The notes below the pieces were generated by a model. The model saw only the letters and a program-made list of their open reading frames with translations. It did not search any database and had not been told where the DNA came from. DNA of 64,000 nt. It comes from Bacteroidales bacterium. Its GTDB lineage: Bacteria > Bacteroidota > Bacteroidia > Bacteroidales > UBA932. The first letter of the stretch is position 1; the number at the start of each line of letters is the position of its first letter. Positions 40,273-49,750 of the stretch are shown piece after piece. The stretch covers positions 20,528 through 84,527 of the forward strand of contig SUYQ01000003.1 in assembly GCA_015060325.1 (NCBI GenBank), in the 5' to 3' direction. The translations under genes were made by a program, and so were the position numbers.

Positions 40273-41588
40273 CAGCTGAAGAAATTAAGCGGAGACGCAC
40301 CCTTCGGAGTTTCCGGCTCATCGTCAAAAGCTCCGTCCTCAAGGCCCTCATAATCCTCTCCCTCAAGGAATGCCTCCGTATCAGGATTGATATAACCGTC
40401 GACCTCCTCTGCAGGACGTGTCACAGCCTCAAGCAGTTTAGTGGACTTATCGCGCGGAACCAGGAAGAAATCAGGCATATCGGCAGGAACAAGCACTGTC
40501 TCACCCTTTGAGAACTCATATGTATCCATACATGCCTGGCCATCTGCATTCCTTGAAGGCACCTGAATGGAAGCCGCACCCTCAAGACATATATATACTA
40601 TGAATGATTCGAACTTTTCGGTGTAGATGTGGAGCGCATCGGTAAGATCTATCTTCGATACGCTGAACTGAGGACATTCCACCAGGTTCTGTATCATCTG
40701 ACCTTCCTGACTCTCCTCATGGCAATGACACTCATGTCCCTCCTCATGGCAGTGACACTCCTCGTCACCGCAATGGCATTCATGCGCCATGCAAGGCACA
40801 TATGAAGCTTCTTCGCCCCAGAGCGGTCCCTTTCTGTAAAGTCCCTGATCGAAAGGACGGTAGTCTATGACGTCAATGGCCTCATCAAGGTGAGTCTTTC
40901 TTGCAGTTGCAGGATTAAACTCACGTCCCCAGTCATAGAGTCTGAATGTCATATCAGACGATTCCTGGATCTCAGCAATCAGAAGACCGCCGTCAGCAGC
41001 ATGTACGGTACCCGGAGTAATGAAGATCACATCCCCCTTCCTTGGCTCCACCACGTTAAGTATCTCCTCGACCGTACCGGCATGGCATCTGTCATAGAAT
41101 TCCTGGGCAGTAACCTCACGGGTGAAGCCGCAGTACATCTTTGCGCCAGGCTTTGCATCCATGACATACCAGATCTCAGCCTTTCCCAAAGAATCATAAC
41201 GCTCAGCAGCCACTTCATCGTCAGGATGGACCTGAACCGACAGCTTGTCATTGATATCAAGGAACTTTATCAGGAGAGGGAACTGACGTCCATAATAGTT
41301 ATAGACATTTTCTCCTACGATTCTTTCAAGGTATGTCTCCATCAGCTCACTGATGGTGTTTCCTGCAAGCCATCCGTTCGCAACTACAGAGTCCTCTATG
41401 CCCATGTCCGCAAGCTCCCAGCTCTCGCCTATCAGGACATCCTCGCCGATGACCGACTCGTTTCCCTCTTCATCACACTCTACGAAATGCTTGTTCAACT
41501 CCTTGACAAGCGCACTGCCACCCCAAGGTCTCCTTGAAGCGACAGGCACAAATTTAAACGGGTATAATTTCTTCTCCATCAATTTCAT
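40272..41588 (-). CDS. manA: Mannose-6-phosphate isomerase, class I
   Basis: PWGG, GESWE, PLLIKFLD..LSVQVHP, KAEIWY, GTVHA, EIQESSD.TFRLYD. Confidence 0.9.
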   Translation of the reverse strand: MKLMEKKLYPFKFVPVASRRPWGGSALVKELNKHFVECDEEGNESVIGEDVLIGESWELADMGIEDSVVANGWLAGNTISELMETYLERIVGENVYNYYGRQFPLLIKFLDINDKLSVQVHPDDEVAAERYDSLGKAEIWYVMDAKPGAKMYCGFTREVTAQEFYDRCHAGTVEEILNVVEPRKGDVIFITPGTVHAADGGLLIAEIQESSDMTFRLYDWGREFNPATARKTHLDEAIDVIDYRPFDQGLYRKGPLWGEEASYVPCMAHECHCGDEECHCHEEGHECHCHEESQEGQMIQNLVECPQFSVSKIDLTDALHIYTEKFESFIVYICLEGAASIQVPSRNADGQACMDTYEFSKGETVLVPADMPDFFLVPRDKSTKLLEAVTRPAEEVDGYINPDTEAFLEGEDYEGLEDGAFDDEPETPKGASPLNFFS

Positions 41589-41651
41589 TTTCTTTATTCT
41601 CCGGCAAAGATAGGCATAAAATCACAATCAACAGCGCCCTGAAAGAAAAAA

Positions 41652-41673
41652 GACGGCGCCATACGGCACCGTC
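41652..41673 (-). terminator. Intrinsic terminator of the acidic-protein gene
   Basis: GACGGTGCC-GTAT-GGCGCCGTC followed by a T-run on minus. Confidence 0.8.
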
Positions 41674-41709
41674 AGAACAAAGTTTAACAATTGAAGAACA
41701 GACTCATCA

Positions 41710-42711
41710 TCAGCAGACATCGTCATCAGCCCCGCCACCGATCGCATCCATTGAAACCTCACCATCATGGAGATCGAAAACTTCATCTGCATCTACCATT
41801 CCATCATCATCCATATCAACTACCTTGTAGTCTGCCATTCCGTCCTCATCAACATCAGCATAGACAGCATCATGTCCGTCAATCTCTCCAGAAACCGCAT
41901 GCACATCAATAGTGTCGGAATCTATAACGGTCACGTTTTCCTCTATGATGACCTGCTGACCTGTTTCAGGATCGGTATATGTCTCCTGCTCACTTACAGT
42001 TACCTCAACTGCAGTCGTATGAGAAACAAGCACATCTTCCCTACCTTCAAGAGATGCTGCAATTTCTGCTTCAGTAGGATCCTCTGCCACTTCCTCGAAC
42101 TCACTCATGTCAGTCCTATAGTACTGCTCCATATACTCACCTCGGTCTTCCTCATCCATATTATCCCACTCCTCCTTGGTATATGTACTGTAGTTATTTC
42201 CGTGCCACTGGAATACTCCGCCAGGGCCTACCTCAGCGCGGGCAGCTGCAAATGCCTCACCAAAAGACATGCTGTCATCAACATCTGCGACCTGAAGCGG
42301 TTCTGGCAGCAATACAGCATCTTCCTCGAGAACTTCATCCTCAGCAACTTCATCAACTATCGCATCAACAGCCTCATCAAGCGTCAGTTCATCTTCAACA
42401 ACTTCAGCCTCAACCTCTGTTTCAGCCTCAACTGCACCTTCTTCTGCTACAACAACATCCTCAGCATCTTTATTGAGTCCCAGAATGTCTTCCGCAGCAT
42501 CCTTCATATCCTCCACAACATCGTCAAAATCATCAGAAGTCGCATACGCAGCAGCCGCAACACCCGCTCCACCGAGCAAGATACCAGGAACGGCTCCCAG
42601 CATTACCACTTTACCGAATCCGGCACCTTTACGACCTTCTGAAGGCAGTACTACATTCACCTGAACTTTTTCAGTTGCATCAGCAACATTCTTTTCTACT
42701 TTTGTTCCCAT
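41710..42711 (-). CDS. Highly acidic hypothetical protein with one TM segment and DxDxDG motifs
   Basis: Gly-rich hydrophobic segment near the N-terminus; SFGEAFAAARAEVGPGGVFQWHGN block; DVDEDG/DMDDDG at the C-terminus. Confidence 0.8.
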   Translation of the reverse strand: MGTKVEKNVADATEKVQVNVVLPSEGRKGAGFGKVVMLGAVPGILLGGAGVAAAAYATSDDFDDVVEDMKDAAEDILGLNKDAEDVVVAEEGAVEAETEVEAEVVEDELTLDEAVDAIVDEVAEDEVLEEDAVLLPEPLQVADVDDSMSFGEAFAAARAEVGPGGVFQWHGNNYSTYTKEEWDNMDEEDRGEYMEQYYRTDMSEFEEVAEDPTEAEIAASLEGREDVLVSHTTAVEVTVSEQETYTDPETGQQVIIEENVTVIDSDTIDVHAVSGEIDGHDAVYADVDEDGMADYKVVDMDDDGMVDADEVFDLHDGEVSMDAIGGGADDDVC

Positions 42712-42781
42712 GGTTATTAAGATTTAAAATGATTATTTCGTTTTAGTGTTACAAAGCTAGAAATATAAAGTTCAATAACAA

Positions 42782-42812
42782 AGGGGTTTCGCGCATTCTA
42801 CACGAAACCCCT
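42782..42812 (-). terminator. Intrinsic terminator after pgi
   Basis: AGGGGTTTCG ... CGAAACCCCT stem. Confidence 0.8.
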
Positions 42813-42834
42813 CGATTTTTGTATGAAATGTCGA

Positions 42835-44175
42835 TTACAGTCTTGATTTCAATGCCTCTGCCTGTGCCTCGTAACCAGGCTTGCCAAGAAGAGCGAACAT
42901 ATTCTTCTTATAAGCCTCGACACCTGGCTGGTCAAACGGATTCACGCCTAGGATGTATCCGCTTATGCCGCAAGCCTTCTCGAAGAAATAGAAGAGAGCT
43001 CCGAGGTTGTACTCATTGATGCACTCAATGCTGAGAGAGAGCTGAGGAACACCGCCGTCGATGTGAGCGAGCTTCGTTCCGAGCTCTGCCATTGCATTGC
43101 ACTCCTCGACATGCTTTCCAGCGAGGAAGTTAAGACCGTCAAGATTCTGAGGGTCGTTCTCTATGAGCATGGAACGCTTGCTCTTCTCAACAGTCACGAC
43201 TGTCTCCATAAGCGTACGCTCGCCGTCCTGGATATACTGACCCATAGAGTGGAGGTCTGTAGTAAAGTTTACAGATGCCGGGAATATTCCAAGACCGTCC
43301 TTGCCTTCAGACTCGCCATAGAGCTGCTTCCACCACTCGCCGAGGTATGTGAGCTTAGGATTGTATGCAACAAGGATCTCGATCTTCTTGCCCTGGGCAT
43401 AAAGAGCGTTACGCATTGCAGCATACTGAACAGCCGGGTTGCACTCGCTCTTCTGGGCGCAAGCCTCCTCCATTGCAAGAGCACCCTCGAGCATAGCCTT
43501 CATATCGAAACCTGCGAGGACGATAGGAAGAATTCCTACCGGAGTGAGGACAGAGAAACGACCTCCTACGTTATCCTCGATCACGAATGTCTTGTAACCC
43601 TCCTGGGTAGAGAGTGACTTGAGGGCACCGCGAGCCTTGTCTGTAACTGCAACGATACGCTCGGCAGCCTCAGCCTTGCCATATGTATCCTCAAGATATT
43701 TCTTCACGAGACGGAATGCGACAGCCGGCTCTGTTGTAGTACCTGACTTTGAAATGACCACGCATGCTGCATTTCTCTCCTGTACGAGATCCATGAGTTC
43801 GCACATATATTCCTCCGAAAGGTTCTGTCCTGCAAATACGATCTCAGGAGCGTCACCCTTGGTCTTCATCTGCTTTGCAAACTGGTGTGAAAGAGCCTCA
43901 AGAGCACACTTTGCACCAAGATAAGAACCTCCGATTCCGATTACAACCACGAGATCGATGTTCTTTGCCTTCCATGCATCCCTGACAGCCTCACACTCAG
44001 AAAGGAGTGAACCTGCGAGAGTTTCAGAAGGAAGGTGCTTCCAACCGAGGAAGTCATTTCCCTTTCCAGTCTCGTTCTCAAGAACCTCAAGTGCGGCGAG
44101 GGCCTTTTCCACATAAGCGTTGTAGTCTGCATCTTTTACAAAGGAGCTGCAGCCTCCCAAATTTACTTTTACCAT
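42835..44175 (-). CDS. pgi: Glucose-6-phosphate isomerase
   Basis: IGIGGSYLG, ISKSGTTTEP, VGGRFSV, QLYGESEGK, NPFDQPGVEAYK. Confidence 0.97.
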   Translation of the reverse strand: MVKVNLGGCSSFVKDADYNAYVEKALAALEVLENETGKGNDFLGWKHLPSETLAGSLLSECEAVRDAWKAKNIDLVVVIGIGGSYLGAKCALEALSHQFAKQMKTKGDAPEIVFAGQNLSEEYMCELMDLVQERNAACVVISKSGTTTEPAVAFRLVKKYLEDTYGKAEAAERIVAVTDKARGALKSLSTQEGYKTFVIEDNVGGRFSVLTPVGILPIVLAGFDMKAMLEGALAMEEACAQKSECNPAVQYAAMRNALYAQGKKIEILVAYNPKLTYLGEWWKQLYGESEGKDGLGIFPASVNFTTDLHSMGQYIQDGERTLMETVVTVEKSKRSMLIENDPQNLDGLNFLAGKHVEECNAMAELGTKLAHIDGGVPQLSLSIECINEYNLGALFYFFEKACGISGYILGVNPFDQPGVEAYKKNMFALLGKPGYEAQAEALKSRL

Positions 44176-44311
44176 AATTATATTATTTAATATACACTAT
44201 CACTATCTGTCACGGCTGTGACATCCCGGCAAAGTTAACATTTTTTGCATTAACGCGTGCAAAATTATTATATTTGTATCGTAAAGCATTATAAACCAAA
44301 ATTTGGAAAAC

Positions 44312-45118
44312 ATGAAGAGAATCATCCTACTGTCGGCCATGATCGCCGGACTATTCCTGTCACAGAACATTTCATATGCCCAGAAGCAGTGCGGCATCGT
44401 CGCTCATCGCGGATTCTGGAACTGCGAGGAAGCCGGCTATGCAAAGAACTCCATAGCGGCCCTCAGATGTGCCCAGGAGCATGGTTTCTGGGGAAGCGAA
44501 TTTGACGTGAACATGACCGAGGATGGAGTGCTCATAGTATATCACGACAGCGACGTAAAGGGCAAGAAGATCGAAAAGCACCCTTACTCCGAATTCAAGG
44601 ATTTCAAGATAAAGAACGGCGAGGTCATTCCTACAATAGACATGTTTCTGGAGCAGGGAAAGAAATATCCGGAGACCATGCTTGTATACGAACTGAAGCC
44701 ACATTCATGCGATGAGGTGGAAGACAGGTTCGTGGAAATAACCATCGAAAAACTCAAGGAGCATGGGCTGCTGGACCCAAGCCGCGTGATGTTCATCTCC
44801 TTCAGCATCCATATCTGTGAGGTGCTGGCTCAGAAGCTGCCTGAATTCACCGTTCAGTTCCTCGGCTCCAGCAAGAGTCCTGAGCAGCTTGCAGAAAAAG
44901 GCATCAATGGAGTCGACTACAACCACGGCGTATATAAAACCCACAAGAAATGGTACAAGCAGGCCCGCAAGAACGGAATGAGCGTAAACGCATGGACAGT
45001 CAACGACGAGAAGGACATGAAGAAGATGCTCAAGATGGGTGTGGACATGCTTACAACAGACAACCCCCTTGGAGCAAGGGGGCTGATGGAAAAGTCTAAG
45101 ATCAACGAGTTGAAATAG
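44312..45118 (+). CDS. Glycerophosphodiester phosphodiesterase
   Basis: AHRG, EFDV, VYHD, YELK, WTVN, GVDMLTTD; signal peptide. Confidence 0.92.
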   Translation: MKRIILLSAMIAGLFLSQNISYAQKQCGIVAHRGFWNCEEAGYAKNSIAALRCAQEHGFWGSEFDVNMTEDGVLIVYHDSDVKGKKIEKHPYSEFKDFKIKNGEVIPTIDMFLEQGKKYPETMLVYELKPHSCDEVEDRFVEITIEKLKEHGLLDPSRVMFISFSIHICEVLAQKLPEFTVQFLGSSKSPEQLAEKGINGVDYNHGVYKTHKKWYKQARKNGMSVNAWTVNDEKDMKKMLKMGVDMLTTDNPLGARGLMEKSKINELK

Positions 45119-45120
45119 GG

Positions 45121-46560
45121 CTATTCTACCTTAATCCAGAACGGGGCCACAGGCATACCCTCGCAGTTCTTGAGATTGCCGGGGTTGAAGTCTCCCCATC
45201 CGTAACGGACCTCACATGGATCCGGAACAAACTCGGACCTCACTCTCAGCACCTTTGGATTCCACTCGAAATAGGCATAAGTCACCGGATAGAAGATGCC
45301 TTCGCTTCCGGCCACTTCCAGACCTTCGATCTCCATCCAACGGCTGAGGCCGTTCCAGCAGTTCGTGAGTTCAACAGCAAGTTCGCTTGGACTCCATCGT
45401 GTACACTTGACAGCCTCCGGGCTGTAGCAAGCCACTTTTGACATACCGTAGTCGCGGTTCAACGCCAGACGCGCAAGCCTGTCGCCCACCTCACGCTTCT
45501 TTGCAGGGTGGATATTGTCCTGCTCATAACTCTCGACCAGGTCGTTGGTAACGACGATGGCGCTGTTCGGAATATTTCTGGCAGCCTCATGCTGTGCCTG
45601 CCTCAGAAGCGACGCATAGCTTACGGCCGAATATGGCTTGTAACGATATGGAGCAATCTCCACCATATAGAACGGAAGTTCGGCATTCTTGTCATCCCAG
45701 CACTCTCTCCAGTGGTTGACCATGTTGGTCATACGCTCGACAAACTGCTCGTGCTTGCCTACATTCGAGCACCCCTGATACCAGATGAAACCCTTGATGG
45801 TATATCCCATTACAGGACAGAGCATGGCATTGTATGCAAGGTATGGACGTGTATAATGGTGAGTTGCCTCTATCTTTTCCCGGCTCAGATCCTCATCAGG
45901 ATAGGTCTCCAGGATCTCCTTCGGGGTCCAGCTCTCAATTCGGGCTCCACCGTATGCACATGATACAATACCGACAGGAAGGTCAAGCACCCTGTTGAGC
46001 TCGCGTGCAAAGAAGAATGCTGTGGCACTCATTTCAGAAACCGTCTCAGAGTCCGCCCCTACCCATTTTGATTCGACCTCGGTCAAAGGCTCATAAGACT
46101 GCTTGATAGGGACAGTGAACATCCTTATCTTCTCCCGCGCAGGAGGGGCAGCGATATAGTCAGCGGCATTCTCGACAGGACAATTGTAGAAACCTCTCAT
46201 CGGCATCTCCATATTGCTCTGACCCGACGCCAGCCACACCTCTCCCACAAGCACATCCTTGATCGTTACGGAAGACCCGTCGCCCTTCACAACGATGTCA
46301 TAGGCCTTGTAGCTTCCCTCGGGAGTCTGGACCATTACTTCCCACCTTCCCTCGGAATCCGCCTTGCAGCGACAGGCCTTTCCGTTCCATGACGGAGTGA
46401 CTGTCACCTGGGCTCCTGCAGAGGCTGTTCCCCAGATCTTCGCCTCCGTATTCTGCTGCAGGACCATCGAGTCGCTGCACAAGCTTGACAAAACAAGCTT
46501 GGCCTCGGACACCATGCTGATGCACAGCGCCAAGGCCAATACTGTAAATATGCGTTTCAT
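45121..46560 (-). CDS. Sialate O-acetylesterase (SASA family)
   Basis: GEVWLASGQSNM, WYQGCSN, IHPAKK. Confidence 0.9.
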   Translation of the reverse strand: MKRIFTVLALALCISMVSEAKLVLSSLCSDSMVLQQNTEAKIWGTASAGAQVTVTPSWNGKACRCKADSEGRWEVMVQTPEGSYKAYDIVVKGDGSSVTIKDVLVGEVWLASGQSNMEMPMRGFYNCPVENAADYIAAPPAREKIRMFTVPIKQSYEPLTEVESKWVGADSETVSEMSATAFFFARELNRVLDLPVGIVSCAYGGARIESWTPKEILETYPDEDLSREKIEATHHYTRPYLAYNAMLCPVMGYTIKGFIWYQGCSNVGKHEQFVERMTNMVNHWRECWDDKNAELPFYMVEIAPYRYKPYSAVSYASLLRQAQHEAARNIPNSAIVVTNDLVESYEQDNIHPAKKREVGDRLARLALNRDYGMSKVACYSPEAVKCTRWSPSELAVELTNCWNGLSRWMEIEGLEVAGSEGIFYPVTYAYFEWNPKVLRVRSEFVPDPCEVRYGWGDFNPGNLKNCEGMPVAPFWIKVE

Positions 46561-46569
46561 ATTGATGAA

Positions 46570-47514
46570 TTATAGTGACTTCAGACAGTCGGTAACATTC
46601 TTCTCGATGCGTGCCGAGATGTTCTCACCCTCAGCCTTTACGAACTTCTCACCGATGATGTTTTCATAGAGCTCGATGTAGCGCTCTGTGATGCCGTCCA
46701 CGATCTCGTCTGTCATCTCAGGCACCTGCTGTCCCTCCTGACCCTGGAAACCGTTGGCCATCAGCCACTCACGAACAAACTCCTTCGAGAGCTGCTTCTG
46801 CTTTTCACCCTTTGCGAGACGCTCCTCATAGCCCTCTGCGTAGAAGTAGCGTGATGAGTCAGGAGTATGGATCTCGTCCATGAGATAGATCTTTCCGTCC
46901 TTCTTTCCGAACTCATATTTCGTATCCACAAGGATAAGCCCCATCTTGGCAGCGATCTCCGTTCCTCTCTGGAAGATGGCTCTTGTGTAGGCTTCGAGCT
47001 GCTCATAATCTTCCTTGCTTACGATACCCTGAGCGATGATCTCCTCCTTTGAGATGTCCTCATCGTGACCTTCTGCGGCCTTGGTAGTAGGAGTGATGAT
47101 AGGCTGAGGGAACTTCTGGTTCTCTACCATTCCTTCCGGCATCTCAACGCCGCATATCGTGCGCTTGCCGGCCTTGTACTCTCTCCAGGCGTGGCCTGAA
47201 AGATATCCACGGATAACCATCTCGACCTTAAAAGGCTCGCACTTGTGACCCACAGTCACCATCGGATCCGGAACTGCTATCTTCCAGTTCGGAAGGATGT
47301 CTGCAGTCGCATCAAGAAACTTGGCAGCAATCTGATTCAGCACCTGTCCCTTGAAAGGGATTCCCTTAGGGAGCACCACATCAAATGCTGAAATACGGTC
47401 AGACACGACCATTACCAGATAATCATCACCGATGCTGTATACGTCACGCACCTTACCTACATAGTGGCCGTTCTGGCCAGGAAAATTAAAATCTGTCTTT
47501 ACGATTGCTTCCAT
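46570..47514 (-). CDS. purC: SAICAR synthase
   Basis: [46 protein letters not shown]; true start MEAIVKT at 47514. Confidence 0.96.
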   Translation of the reverse strand: MEAIVKTDFNFPGQNGHYVGKVRDVYSIGDDYLVMVVSDRISAFDVVLPKGIPFKGQVLNQIAAKFLDATADILPNWKIAVPDPMVTVGHKCEPFKVEMVIRGYLSGHAWREYKAGKRTICGVEMPEGMVENQKFPQPIITPTTKAAEGHDEDISKEEIIAQGIVSKEDYEQLEAYTRAIFQRGTEIAAKMGLILVDTKYEFGKKDGKIYLMDEIHTPDSSRYFYAEGYEERLAKGEKQKQLSKEFVREWLMANGFQGQEGQQVPEMTDEIVDGITERYIELYENIIGEKFVKAEGENISARIEKNVTDCLKSL

Positions 47515-47561
47515 GTCTATATTATTATTTTCTTTTATTTCGGATTCTGTTTCCGGTTCCC

Positions 47562-47666
47562 CACTGTCATTTCGAGCGAGCGAAGCCCCACTGTCATTTC
47601 GAGCGAGCGAAGAGAGTCGAGACAATCGACGAAGTCGCTTGAGCGTCAGCGAAAGAATCTCCAGCC
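47562..47666. repeat. REP-like mosaic: two 27-bp CACTGTCATTTCGAGCGAG units plus an inverted AGATTCTTTCGCTGACGCTC element
   Basis: Units at 47562 and 47589; 47641-47660 is the reverse complement of the 23827 element head. Confidence 0.88.
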
Positions 47667-47681
47667 GCCAAAGATACGAAT

Positions 47682-48704
47682 TTATTCGTACTCCGTAATC
47701 TTCAACCGGTATTTATTGCTACCCAGATTCTGAAAATACCGGGGAACGTCCTGCATCTCCTGTCCGATAATCCCGGTCATCCCCGACCTGACAGTTCCGG
47801 TCATCCCCGGTTTGACATCCCCCGTCATCCCCGGCTTGACCGGGGATCTCCTCCACTGCCCGTCAACACAGAACAGCACCGGATCCTTCACGCCCTCAAG
47901 TTTAAACCCAAGCTGCTCATATACAGCGCCTTCTGACCACTCCAAGTCAGCGTAGCTCATCACATCATCCGGATGCACATCATCTATAAAAGCCTTGAGC
48001 ATCTTGCCCATGCCGCCATTGATCCTCACGCCAGGGAGGGATGCATACCGTGTCCATTCATAAGACCGTATCGTCTTCTCCCCCTTCTGCCACTTTCGGG
48101 CATTGGAAAACGTAGCCACCGCCACCAGACTCCCCGGCTCTACCCAACTGTCATTTCGAGCAAGCGAGTCCACACTGCCATTTCGAACAATCGAGTCCCC
48201 ACGGTCATTTCGAGCGAGAGAGCCTACACTGTCATTTCGAGCGAGCGAAGCGAGTCGAGAAATCTCCAGCCACCTGCCAGTATACCGCTTCAAATACAGC
48301 CCATACCGATACCGGCACGCAGCATCACCATAGCTATGATTTTCACTCAGGAATGCCGCCGCAGTCTCCTTATCGATCTTCCTTACCTCGCAATTGCGGG
48401 CATACATCGATATGAAGATCTCGAGATGCGCCAAAAGCCTGGCTTTCATCATTTCCGGCTGACGCCTCCAGCGATCTTCAGTGATGATCACTGCTGCTGA
48501 TCCTTCTTGACTCAAAACAGCCAGCAAATTATTGATAGTTCTTGCATCCTCGCGAGCCTGCTCCTCATTTTCAGCCTGGACATCCCACGGCACCACACAC
48601 TTCCGTCCTACACTCAGCACTTCCACCCCGCAGCGGGCTTCCGCCACACAGTCAAACGCGTTAGCACAAAGAAAATCACGTATTTCGTCTGCCAAAAGAG
48701 TCAT
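47682..48704 (-). CDS. Hef/Mom-like GNAT-fold protein with a degenerate Vsr/DUF559-like N-terminus and two in-frame repeat insertions
   Basis: IITEDRW; [16 protein letters not shown]; LVAVATFS; YEWTRYAS; [13 protein letters not shown]; [16 protein letters not shown]. Start MTLLAD lies 5 nt after a TAATTTTG box (48710-48717). Confidence 0.65.
   Translation of the reverse strand: MTLLADEIRDFLCANAFDCVAEARCGVEVLSVGRKCVVPWDVQAENEEQAREDARTINNLLAVLSQEGSAAVIITEDRWRRQPEMMKARLLAHLEIFISMYARNCEVRKIDKETAAAFLSENHSYGDAACRYRYGLYLKRYTGRWLEISRLASLARNDSVGSLARNDRGDSIVRNGSVDSLARNDSWVEPGSLVAVATFSNARKWQKGEKTIRSYEWTRYASLPGVRINGGMGKMLKAFIDDVHPDDVMSYADLEWSEGAVYEQLGFKLEGVKDPVLFCVDGQWRRSPVKPGMTGDVKPGMTGTVRSGMTGIIGQEMQDVPRYFQNLGSNKYRLKITEYE
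47776..47849 (+). repeat. Palindrome GTCATCCCCGGCTTGACCGGGGATCT with two further 24-bp half-copies, in frame within the CDS
   Basis: GTCATCCCCG at 47776, 47800 and 47824; encodes VKPGMTG repeats. Confidence 0.93.
48146..48265 (+). repeat. Palindrome CACTGTCATTTCGAGCGAGCGAAGCGAGTCGAGAAATCT with three further 27-bp half-copies, in frame within the CDS
   Basis: Units at 48146, 48173, 48200 and 48227; 120 nt = 40 codons (SLARNDS repeats). Confidence 0.93.
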
Positions 48705-48917
48705 GACCGCAAAATTACACAAAATCTTCGTTTGCCGTTGTATTTGCAGACAAATCCTGCAATCTGTGGCACAGAAAAAATTGAAAATCAGGCAATTGCC
48801 TAGCACTGCGTGCTCCCCTTTGGCGGCACGCAAATGTAGCTATACACCTAACACACAACGAATTACGCGCCACTCTCATTTATATAGTCATCCAACCCTT
48901 TGACCACCAACAACTTG

Positions 48918-48955
48918 ACTACCAACACGGTGGGTCATTTTGCCCCACCGTGTTG
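48918..48955. repeat. Hairpin CAACACGGTGGG-TCATTTTGC-CCCACCGTGTTG; 48918-48949 is a perfect inverted copy of 51191-51222
   Basis: Direct comparison of the two positions. Confidence 0.9.
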
Positions 48956-49058
48956 ATAGTTAATGCGCTGACCGATAGCGCTTTATGTGTCCATCAGATT
49001 GTAGGCATTTCGTTCATCTGGACATTTAGTGGGAGAGATTGGGAAATCAAGTTCAATA

Positions 49059-49185
49059 GTGAACATTTCGGGTGGCAGGGAAGGCAACAGCCAGGCGCGA
49101 GGAGAGCCCTTCAAGGGTAGGGCTCCCCGCAGCGCTTGAGCTGTAGTCGTCGGAGAACGTATATTCCGACGACGGTGCCGTGCAT
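49059..49185 (+). ncRNA. Repeated structured element (predicted four-way junction), copy 1
   Basis: Near-identical to 50948-51074 and to the reverse complement of 59892-59993; four stems predicted by eye. Whether it acts as RNA or DNA is unknown. Confidence 0.45.
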
Positions 49186-49336
49186 ATCGGTATGTAGGCC
49201 ACGATAGACCAATGATACCGGATGGGCAATATTACACATGACAGCGCAATACAACGCGTTAACTGTCAACCACTTACGTCTTTATTATGACATCAAAGCG
49301 CACGGTATCAACAATATAACATCCTGATACTCAGAC

Positions 49337-49750
49337 AGTTATATTGCGCAACCGATGAGACATTTAATATGAAAGAAGCTGACAGCAAGGGAGGTTGAAT
49401 CCTTGTTGTCAGCTTCATGTTATCAGTTCATGTTGCCTGATCATGTTACTTGATCATGTTGCCAGCTCCTGGTGCGAGCTTCATGTTTTTGCAGAACGGT
49501 ATGTTCTAGAAAGACTGGAATGTCGACCATTTCGTGTTGGCCTCGGCTGCTGTCTCAACGCCATCCGGAAGATTCACGAAGAAGTCAAATCCGGTCCAGG
49601 ACTCGATCTGGTCTACTGAGACTGCGTAGTTTGTGTAGGAATCCGAGTAGGTCTTATGCTCGAACCAGAAACCTATAGCACTTACACCCGGCAGTTCAAG
49701 CCAGGACTTGCCAGACACAGCCGGCAGCTGTGCAGCGACAGTCGTGAATG
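49337..49750 (-). repeat. Diverged direct duplicate of 51770-52067 plus 52626-52700 (nuclease 3' end, terminator and downstream flank)
   Basis: Shared CAGTTATATTGCGCAACCGATGAGACATT and AAGAAGCTGACAGCAAGG hairpin; homologous coding segments. Confidence 0.92.

Noticed and set aside
47515-47625. N-terminal extension of PurC as given in the ORF track
   Set aside because: It is translated repeat DNA; family homology begins at MEAIVKT (47514).
48705-48833. Longer start for the GNAT-like ORF
   Set aside because: The extension overlaps the -7 box and has non-coding character; ATG 48704 fits the promoter.
49059-49185. tRNA, tRNA pseudogene or group II intron domain V
   Set aside because: No TTC-containing T loop, no 7-nt anticodon loop or 7-bp acceptor stem, and no AGC/CGC catalytic triad in a domain V-type hairpin.
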